64,000 bases of DNA, from NCBI GenBank assembly GCA_038883775.1, contig JAVZLM010000002.1, positions 64,001 through 128,000 on the forward strand, written 5' to 3'. The translations under genes and the position numbers were made by a program. The notes below the pieces were generated by a model. That model was not told the origin of the DNA, made no database searches, and worked only from the letters and a program-made list of their open reading frames with translations. This document shows positions 56,886-64,000 of the stretch, in pieces (position 1 is the stretch's first letter; each line of letters begins with the position of its first letter). Source of the stretch: Candidatus Bathyarchaeia archaeon (GTDB lineage: Archaea; Thermoproteota; Bathyarchaeia; Bathyarchaeales; Bathycorpusculaceae).

Positions 56886-57434
56886 ATGCAAGCTGGAAAA
56901 GTTATTCGGAGTTTTTCTGCCAAAGATGGACGAAGGGTTGTTTTGAGGACGCCTAAATGGGAGGATTTGGATGATTTGCTTGAGCTTATTAATTCGCTTG
57001 TTGAGGAAGGTGCAGAAATAATTAGGAATGAGAAGGTTTCTAGGGAGGAGGAAATCGACTGGTTGTCTAAAACCCTTGCCAGCCTGGAGAAGGAGGAAAT
57101 ATTCTTTCTTGTGGCTGAAGTTGACGGAAAGGTTATAGCCTCTTCGGATATTCGTCCACTAAGATGGGTTGAGCGGCATGTTGGCGTTTTGGGCATAATA
57201 GTAAAAAGTGGGTTTAGGGATGTTGGTATCGGAACTGAAATGATGAAGACATTGGTAGAGCAAGCCTATAAAATGGGCTTAAAGGTTTTGACGCTTTCCG
57301 CTTTCGCAACCAACAAACGCGCAATTCATGTTTACGAGAAGGCTGGGTTTGTGCAGACGGGGGTTATTCCCAGAAAACATTTCAAAGACGGCAGGTACAT
57401 AGATGAGATTATAATGACTAAGTTGCTGGAGTGA
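56886..57434 (+). CDS. GNAT family N-acetyltransferase
   Basis: HVGVLGI.V...FRDVGIG, N.RAIHVYEKAGF. Confidence 0.9.
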   Translation: MQAGKVIRSFSAKDGRRVVLRTPKWEDLDDLLELINSLVEEGAEIIRNEKVSREEEIDWLSKTLASLEKEEIFFLVAEVDGKVIASSDIRPLRWVERHVGVLGIIVKSGFRDVGIGTEMMKTLVEQAYKMGLKVLTLSAFATNKRAIHVYEKAGFVQTGVIPRKHFKDGRYIDEIIMTKLLE

Positions 57435-57443
57435 AAAAGAGAG

Positions 57444-57860
57444 ATGCCAAACTTTAAAGTCTTCAACATAAGCCACACATTTTCCACGAAAGGAGAAATA
57501 GACTTTGTAGACTTGACGGATAGGGTTCAAGAGGCGGTTTCAAAATCTGGTGTAAAAAATGGTTTGGTCCACGTTTTTGCACCCCATGCTACTGGCATAC
57601 TAATTCTGACGGAGAATGAGTATGGCTTGTTAAATGACATTAGAGCTTTCCTCGAAAAAATAATTCCAAAACATCAGGCTTATAGGCATCCATCCAACGC
57701 CCACGCCCATTTAAGGTCTGTACTCCTTCCACCAGACAAGACATTGCCAGTAATCGATGGTAGGGTGGAGTTTGGAACTTGGCAGTCCCTTGTTTTTGTG
57801 GAAACAGATGTTTATCCAAGAAGGAGAACAGTTTTCATTCAAGTTATGGGCGAAACATAA
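57444..57860 (+). CDS. yjbQ: YjbQ / UPF0047 family protein
   Basis: PHATG..LTENE, NAHAHLRS, FGTWQSLVFVE.D..PRRR. Confidence 0.9.
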   Translation: MPNFKVFNISHTFSTKGEIDFVDLTDRVQEAVSKSGVKNGLVHVFAPHATGILILTENEYGLLNDIRAFLEKIIPKHQAYRHPSNAHAHLRSVLLPPDKTLPVIDGRVEFGTWQSLVFVETDVYPRRRTVFIQVMGET

Positions 57861-58142
57861 AAGTCTCATTGAACAATTTTGTTCGTGCTTTTTCCATGTT
57901 GTAACAGGCAAACAAGATCATGTTTTTTTTAAAACTTTTTTTGAACTTTTCTCACCATTAATAAAATATTTTTAACTTTTTGTTATAAAATTTATCCATT
58001 CGCTTATTTTCGGTTCAACAAGGGGAAAACTAGCATGGTCCAACAATTTCGTAGTGCCGTCCACAAAATTTCTGTTACTCTTTTAAAGTTATTCATAAAT
58101 TGTGCGCTTGTTACGGTTTATCTTCTTGTTGAAAACATGTAT

Positions 58143-59342
58143 TTATAAAGTTCGTTTATGTTCGCTGCTGTCTTTTGGGATTTTGAAAGATAGAATTAGT
58201 GCAAGGAGAGCGAAGACTGTTAGCATGTAGAAGGCAGCGTCAAAGCCGTATGTATCAGCTATATATCCTGCCATAACCTGTGAAAGGGAGCCTATGCCAA
58301 AGGATGTGAAGAAGAAGACACCGTAAACTGCGCCCCGTTGATTTTGCGGAGATAATAATCCCGTCAGCGAATTTAGTGCGGGTTGGTGTGCATAGAAGGA
58401 AAAGCCATAAAAAATAATGAAGATTGCTACTCCAATGTTATATGTTGGAAGAAACAAGAGGGAAAAGAGGCTTATGCAAACGCCCGCTGACGTAGCCATC
58501 AAAACCTTTTTTGAACCAACCTTGTCGGCGGCTTTCCCCCCAATCCATTGTCCAGGAACTCCAGCAGCCAAAAGCAGTGTATAAGCGATAGAAGCCCACA
58601 TGGAGTCTATTCCTCGGTTTTCTTCAAGGTATGTTGGGAAAAACAGTTCCACGCCTTTCATGAATAGCCCTATGGCAATGTTAAAAATCAAGAGCATCCA
58701 AAGTTCTCTAATCTTTAAGGCATCAAGGATTGTTCCACCTCTTCCCTCTCTATTTCCAGCTCTTCCAAAATTTTTAACAAATACCAACGCAAGCACCACG
58801 CATAGTACTCCAAAAGCGATGAAAGCCCAAGACCATCCAAAATTTACGCCCAAAAACCAAGCTATGTAAGGGGTTAACACAACGCCTAATGTTCCGCCCA
58901 CACCATGCAAACCCATGGTTTCCGCAACCCTCACCTTAAAAGCCTTTGAAATTAGCGAGTTTGCTGTTGGATGGTAAAGGCTTGCCCAAGCAGCCATCAA
59001 AGTTAAAGCAACCGCATAAACATAGATGCTACGCATAGCAGAAGCTGCAAGCATAATAAATGTGGAAAGTCCAGAAAACATTAAACACAGCGCTATTGTT
59101 TTATTTTCGCCAATCCTATCGCCTAAAGGACCGCCAACCAAAGCTCCAACCCCATAAAGCATAGAAGCGATTGTCGCCACAGCCCCAATGACAGATTTTG
59201 AAACTCCCAAATCGTTCATAATTACACTTAGCAAAGGTGGCGCAATAACAAATAACGAATGATTAAGAGAGTGAGCGGCGCCTAAAAGGACAATTTTCTC
59301 TTTTGACTTTTGCAATTCACTCATCATTCCAAGCCTTGACAT
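58143..59342 (-). CDS. Major facilitator superfamily transporter
   Basis: About 12 TMs; GPLGDRIG and GKAADKVG motif A. Confidence 0.9.
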   Translation of the reverse strand: MSRLGMMSELQKSKEKIVLLGAAHSLNHSLFVIAPPLLSVIMNDLGVSKSVIGAVATIASMLYGVGALVGGPLGDRIGENKTIALCLMFSGLSTFIMLAASAMRSIYVYAVALTLMAAWASLYHPTANSLISKAFKVRVAETMGLHGVGGTLGVVLTPYIAWFLGVNFGWSWAFIAFGVLCVVLALVFVKNFGRAGNREGRGGTILDALKIRELWMLLIFNIAIGLFMKGVELFFPTYLEENRGIDSMWASIAYTLLLAAGVPGQWIGGKAADKVGSKKVLMATSAGVCISLFSLLFLPTYNIGVAIFIIFYGFSFYAHQPALNSLTGLLSPQNQRGAVYGVFFFTSFGIGSLSQVMAGYIADTYGFDAAFYMLTVFALLALILSFKIPKDSSEHKRTL

Positions 59343-59538
59343 AGGATTAAAACTTTCCTAAATAAAGGCTTACCCGGCAAACCCCAACTTTTTTACGAAA
59401 AACTTACATTTTTGGCATAAAACTGAACCAATACGGACCCTACCCTCTAGATTTTCTGCGTTCCACCGTAAACGTAAATAAGAACCATTAAAAGAAACTT
59501 ACCAGTAGCCGAGGTTAGAGAAAACTCCATAAGAAAGT

Positions 59539-59615
59539 GGCCGAGGTGAGGTAGCCTGGTAGCCTATAGGCCTGTGGAGCCTAGCGCCCGGGTTCAAATC
59601 CCGGCCTCGGCCCCA
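59539..59615 (+). tRNA. tRNA-His(GTG) with encoded G-1 and CCA
   Basis: G-GCCGAGG/CCTCGGC-C-CCA; TAGGC-CT-GTG-GA-GCCTA; GTTCAAATC T-loop. Confidence 0.95.
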
Positions 59616-59706
59616 CCTACACTGTGTTTTAGTTCCGGCGCTGATGTTTTGTTTGCAGCAAAAACTAATAGGTTTGAAACTTTTATGTTACTTTAAGGAA
59701 ACTACC

Positions 59707-62103
59707 TTGAGCGTTCAAAGAAGAAGACTTGTATTTCCCTTCTCTGCGATTGTGGGTTTGGACAAGCTTAAATTAGCAATTTTAGTGAATGCCATAAATC
59801 CAAAAATTGGCGGTCTCCTAATAAAGGGACCTAAGGGTTCTGGAAAGAGCACCATTGTCAGGGCTTTGGCTGATATTCTTCCAAAAATTTTAGTTGTTAA
59901 AGACTGCCCTTTCAACTGTAATCCACATGATCCATCTAACATGTGTCCAAGATGCAGTGAAAGATACAAGAGGGGAGAAACATTGCCTGTGGAAGAGAGG
60001 GAAATGGTTGTCGTTGACTTGCCATTAGGCGCTACAGAAGACAGGGTTATTGGAAGTTTGGATGTGGAGAAAGCCATAAAATACGGTATAGAAGCCCTAG
60101 AACCCGGAATTTTAGCCGAAGCGAACCAAAACATTTTGTATGTGGATGAGGTTAATTTGCTTCCAGACCACATAGCAGACGATTTATTGGATGCTGCAGC
60201 CACGGGATGGAATATCGTTGAAAGGGAGGGCATATCCGTAAGCCATCCATCCCGATTCATTTTCATTGGAACAATGAACCCTGAAGAGGGAGAATTGAGA
60301 CCGCAGCTTCTGGACCGTTTTCCACTTTCAGTTACTGTGGATAGAATAGCATCAGTTGAGGACAGAATGGAAATCGTCAAAAGAAACATGGAATTTGAGG
60401 CAGAACCAGAAAAATTTTATCAAAAATTTGAGCCTCTACAAAGGGAGCTACGAGAAAGAATAGCAAAGGCAAAAGAGGTACTAAAAGAAGTGGTTATTCC
60501 AGAAAATCTGTTGGAAGGCATCTGCAAAGCCTGCTTAGACCTAAAAGTTGACGGCTTACGCCCAGACATAGTAATCGCCAAAGCAGCCGCAGCCCTTGCA
60601 GCTTTCGAAAATAGAAAAGAAACAACATTAAACGATGTTTTGATTGCGGCGGAACTCGCCCTAAGCCACAGAACAAGAGAAGGAGGGTTTTTAGAACCAG
60701 CAACGCCCCAAGAAATAAGAGAGGTTTTCACAGCAACCGTGAAAAAAGTTTTCCATTTTGAAAGAACTGGAGAAACGGTTAAAAAGGAAGAGGAAAAAAG
60801 AAAGTTTTTGAAAGGGAAAACTATCTTCTGGGCTAAAAAAGAAGCCACGGAAAAAGAAGAGGAGGAGGCTAACAGAGAAAGTTTTTTTAAAAAATTGCAG
60901 AGAAAACGTGCAAGTTTTATTTTTTTCTTAAATAAATTTTTTGGAGGATTAATTTTTGCATCTGGAAAGAAATTGAAAAGAAGCCCTAAAGATACGCTTG
61001 ATACTGAGGGTTTCCAGAAAGGATCAGATAAATTGAAGGGCGAAGCCTACGAGGAAAAAATTGACAAAGGAAACGAGAATCTAAAGGGAATTCCAGCAGT
61101 CAACAATGTTGTTAAAACATGGGAAATTTCAAAAGGTTTTCCAATAATTAGTCATTTAGAGAGAAAAGTGGTTTCGCCTTCCAGTTTTTTTCTTAAAATG
61201 GGAAAAGTCAAAACTAGGAAGCGAGGCGTTTATGCTGGAAGACGCGCCCAAGCAATAACAACGCTTCATAAGGGCAAGCCTTATGGATGGAAATTTCCTC
61301 AAGGAAAACCCGCTGACATCCATTTTCCAGCCACCATTCGTGAGGCAGCAAGGAAACAGTGGAAACGTGAAAGACCTTTGGAGACTTCTTTGAGAATCTG
61401 TCTTCAAGACGTGCGTGAAAAACTTAGGTCTTATAAAGCGTCTTTAACTATGATTTTTGTTGTTGATTTGAGCGGATCTATGCTTTTAAATCTTGAAGCT
61501 GTAAAAGAGGCTTTACTGAAACTTCACGGCAACGCTTATAGGTTTCGAGATAAGGTTGGGATTGTAGCTCTAAAAGGCACAAGCGCCGTTGTTGTTCAAC
61601 ATCCAACAACAAATTTAAGGGTTGTAGCTAATAAACTGTTAAGCTTGCACATAAGCGGTTATACGCCATTAGCTGCTGGAATGTTTAAAGCTTGGGAAGT
61701 TTTAAAAGAAGCAAAAAGAAGGGATTCTTCCACAATACCTGTTATGGTCATAATAACTGATGGAAGCGCAAACGTACCATTAAAAAGAAGCATTGAAACC
61801 GGCGAATTCCGGAATATAGAGGAGGTTCGAATAATTGTCAGAGAATATGAAGACTTGGCTGTGAAGGATGTAATGGCTGTGGCGAAGATGATTAAACGGG
61901 AAGGGATACACACAATAGTCATAAACACAAACCCTCACCTTTTTGGGCGTGAAACTTATGGGTTTGTGGTAACAAGAGTCATCGCTTCCCTAACCAAGGG
62001 AAGCCACCATGTCATAGGCAAACTCACCACAAGAGAGGACATGGTTAAAAATATGATCGAAAACATAAAAGAGGATCAGATAAAAGTACTTTCTGAAAAA
62101 TGA
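59707..62103 (+). CDS. Chelatase subunit I/D-like AAA+ ATPase fused to a vWA domain
   Basis: [50 protein letters not shown]; vWA DLSGS, TPL, ITDG; probable TTG at 59707. Confidence 0.9.
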   Translation: MSVQRRRLVFPFSAIVGLDKLKLAILVNAINPKIGGLLIKGPKGSGKSTIVRALADILPKILVVKDCPFNCNPHDPSNMCPRCSERYKRGETLPVEEREMVVVDLPLGATEDRVIGSLDVEKAIKYGIEALEPGILAEANQNILYVDEVNLLPDHIADDLLDAAATGWNIVEREGISVSHPSRFIFIGTMNPEEGELRPQLLDRFPLSVTVDRIASVEDRMEIVKRNMEFEAEPEKFYQKFEPLQRELRERIAKAKEVLKEVVIPENLLEGICKACLDLKVDGLRPDIVIAKAAAALAAFENRKETTLNDVLIAAELALSHRTREGGFLEPATPQEIREVFTATVKKVFHFERTGETVKKEEEKRKFLKGKTIFWAKKEATEKEEEEANRESFFKKLQRKRASFIFFLNKFFGGLIFASGKKLKRSPKDTLDTEGFQKGSDKLKGEAYEEKIDKGNENLKGIPAVNNVVKTWEISKGFPIISHLERKVVSPSSFFLKMGKVKTRKRGVYAGRRAQAITTLHKGKPYGWKFPQGKPADIHFPATIREAARKQWKRERPLETSLRICLQDVREKLRSYKASLTMIFVVDLSGSMLLNLEAVKEALLKLHGNAYRFRDKVGIVALKGTSAVVVQHPTTNLRVVANKLLSLHISGYTPLAAGMFKAWEVLKEAKRRDSSTIPVMVIITDGSANVPLKRSIETGEFRNIEEVRIIVREYEDLAVKDVMAVAKMIKREGIHTIVINTNPHLFGRETYGFVVTRVIASLTKGSHHVIGKLTTREDMVKNMIENIKEDQIKVLSEK

Positions 62104-62124
62104 CTCTAATTAATGTGAAATATC

Positions 62125-62604
62125 ATGTTTCAAGATGAAAGAAGCGGAAAATTTGCCTTAGTTGCCCATTGCCTGCTGAATCAAAATTCTCGAGCGGTAG
62201 GCTTAGCAAAAAGGTCAAGCGTGATAAATGAAATTGTTGAATTTCTAGTTCGCAAAGAGATTGGCATTATTCAGATGCCATGTCCAGAACTCGCCTACGC
62301 TGGCGTGTCAAGGCAACCCAAAACCAGAGAGCAGTATGAAAACGCCAAATTTAGGGGATGCTGCAGAAAATTGACAGGGGAAATTGCGGATCAAGTAAAA
62401 GAATATGCAGATTGCGGAATAAAATTGAAAATAGTTTTGGGCGTTGAGGGAAGCCCAAGTTGCAGCGTAAAAGAAATTTTAGGCATTTTCATGGAAGAAC
62501 TGCGCTCTAAATTAGATAAGCGGGGGATTTTGGCGCCTTTTTATGGCATAAGCTTTGAACGAGTAAAAAATGACATAATCGAGTTGGAAAAACTTGTTAA
62601 GTAA
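62125..62604 (+). CDS. CD3072/DUF523-like (TudS-related) Cys-rich protein
   Basis: AHCLLNQNS, IIQMPCPE, GVEGSPSC, GIFMEEL. Confidence 0.8.
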   Translation: MFQDERSGKFALVAHCLLNQNSRAVGLAKRSSVINEIVEFLVRKEIGIIQMPCPELAYAGVSRQPKTREQYENAKFRGCCRKLTGEIADQVKEYADCGIKLKIVLGVEGSPSCSVKEILGIFMEELRSKLDKRGILAPFYGISFERVKNDIIELEKLVK

Positions 62605-62605
62605 T

Positions 62606-63592
62606 TTAAATCGGCGGCTTGATACTCTTTTTGGTCGTCATGCTTGCATTCATCCACTTCTCAAATTCTCTTGACGGCGGATTTTCAACATAAAGCCTCT
62701 TCCTAAAAGCCTCCAAGAAAGCATTTTCCTCTCTTAAAAATTCTGCCGCAGTTAAAACTTTACATCCAATCTTTTTAGCCTTTTCAAAAACGTTTTTGGC
62801 TTCTTCTCGCCAGTTTTCGTCTCTTAAAATGTGATGTTCCAAAATAACCACTTGCGCAGTTTCTACAATTTTTTCCAAATTTTTCATTCCAGTTTGGATT
62901 TGCCTCTCATCAACTTTGAATCTTGTCAAATATAATGGTGGTCCGCCAATCATTAGCATTTGAGGTTTTTCTTTGACGATTATTTCTAACGTCTGCTTTG
63001 CCATGGGTCCTTGAACATCTGGGGCGAACATGAACTTTTCACTCTCATATTCTATGGTTGTCATTAAAATCCATCCTAAAGCTGAATCGTCTGGACCGTG
63101 AAAAACGGGTTCTGAAAACTTGACTTTTGTGGCTTTTCCGAAAAGAAAGGTTTTTCCATCGGCAATTTCAAGCTTTTCTGCATATTTTCCGCCTGTTTTC
63201 TGGAAAATCCATCCCCTGCGCCTTTGGCTGAAGTTGATCTTCTCTTTAGGATTCTTTATTAGAACAGTTTTTCCTTCGTAGATTTGTTTGGCTGTTTCAT
63301 CTTTGGCTGTCCAGTTACAAAGCCAATCCTCATAGGAAGGTGTGTGATGGTCAAAATGGTAGTGGCTTAAGGTTACAATTTCAGCCTTTTCAGCGGCTTC
63401 CGCAATCTTTTCTCGAGCTTTTATTATGGCTTTAAACTCTATTGGGTGGGGTGGCAAACCAAAACGGTTTGGACAAAGGGAAACCCCAGCATCCAAAAGA
63501 ATGCGGATGTCTGGAGTTTCAACAAAAGTACACATAGACCTAACGCCGAAGCTTTCAGCTGCCAATGGCACGACACGAATACGCTTTAACAT
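62606..63592 (-). CDS. Metallo-beta-lactamase fold hydrolase (UPF0282)
   Basis: AAESFGVRSM, SHYHFDHH, HG, DVQGP, EHHILRD. Confidence 0.88.
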   Translation of the reverse strand: MLKRIRVVPLAAESFGVRSMCTFVETPDIRILLDAGVSLCPNRFGLPPHPIEFKAIIKAREKIAEAAEKAEIVTLSHYHFDHHTPSYEDWLCNWTAKDETAKQIYEGKTVLIKNPKEKINFSQRRRGWIFQKTGGKYAEKLEIADGKTFLFGKATKVKFSEPVFHGPDDSALGWILMTTIEYESEKFMFAPDVQGPMAKQTLEIIVKEKPQMLMIGGPPLYLTRFKVDERQIQTGMKNLEKIVETAQVVILEHHILRDENWREEAKNVFEKAKKIGCKVLTAAEFLREENAFLEAFRKRLYVENPPSREFEKWMNASMTTKKSIKPPI

Positions 63593-63636
63593 GATTATTC
63601 AACACATGCGTAATAACTATAACTTTTTATCCCTGC

Positions 63637-63993
63637 ATGGCAATAAAGTTTCATGGCAAGAGGCACCAGCTCATGTGGTGGATACTTTCAGGATTCGTTG
63701 CTGGACTAATAACGTCAAGTCTTATGATAGCCTACTGGTTCTACCGTTTAAAATCAGCCATAGCCGAAAAAGGTTGGACGTATATCTCTCGCTTTTGGAT
63801 ACTTGTGTGGATTGCCTTATTTTTTGGTTCGGCAAGGGGATTGCTGAAAATGTCAACAGTTATACAAGAGGGAAGCACTATTGATAATATGTTGTTTTAC
63901 ACCACGCCAACGCTATACTTTATTGCCCTAGCTGCATTGATTACTGGAATAATACTTGATGCCGTGAACAAGGCACATCAATTTTCAAGATAA
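63637..63993 (+). CDS. Three-TM hypothetical membrane protein
   Basis: Three hydrophobic segments; complete ORF. Confidence 0.5.
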   Translation: MAIKFHGKRHQLMWWILSGFVAGLITSSLMIAYWFYRLKSAIAEKGWTYISRFWILVWIALFFGSARGLLKMSTVIQEGSTIDNMLFYTTPTLYFIALAALITGIILDAVNKAHQFSR

Positions 63994-64000
63994 CTATCCA

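Noticed and set aside
57861-58142. Short ORFs and poly-T runs between yjbQ and the MFS gene
   Set aside because: No recognisable coding remnant; probably terminator or decayed sequence
59715-60389. 224-aa antisense ORF and the many similar shadow ORFs across the window
   Set aside because: They lie opposite well-supported genes, as expected from codon bias
1-64000. CRISPR array, transposon or provirus
   Set aside because: No regularly spaced repeats, transposase, integrase or tRNA 3'-end duplication was seen by eye

Overview
AT-rich archaeal chromosomal window, most consistent with a TACK archaeon of the Bathyarchaeia type. This is an inference from rpl14e, rpl35ae, eukaryote-type topoisomerase IB, single-OB SSBs, H4MPT/F420 C1 enzymes and an intron-containing cbf5. 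It is densely coding (about 65 genes) with three tRNAs: Ser-GGA with an intron, Pro-GGG and His-GTG. No CRISPR array, transposase or integrase was seen. Main signals: (1) a membrane-tethered regulator with a LexA-like DNA-binding domain, next to an exact Gram-positive SOS-box-like palindrome whose half-site recurs at the same spacing upstream of the neighbouring surface-protein gene; (2) a 26-nt bulge-helix-bulge mRNA intron splitting the catalytic Asp codon of cbf5; (3) a DUF35-HMG-CoA synthase fusion paired with a thiolase lacking its catalytic residues; (4) a TRAM-SSB-TRAM operon with a structured 5' leader; (5) a nested inverted-repeat structure in an 820-bp intergenic region; (6) a wHTH-MinD/ParA locus preceded by GTGTTT repeats. 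All family assignments come from motif recognition by eye. No database search or folding program was run.
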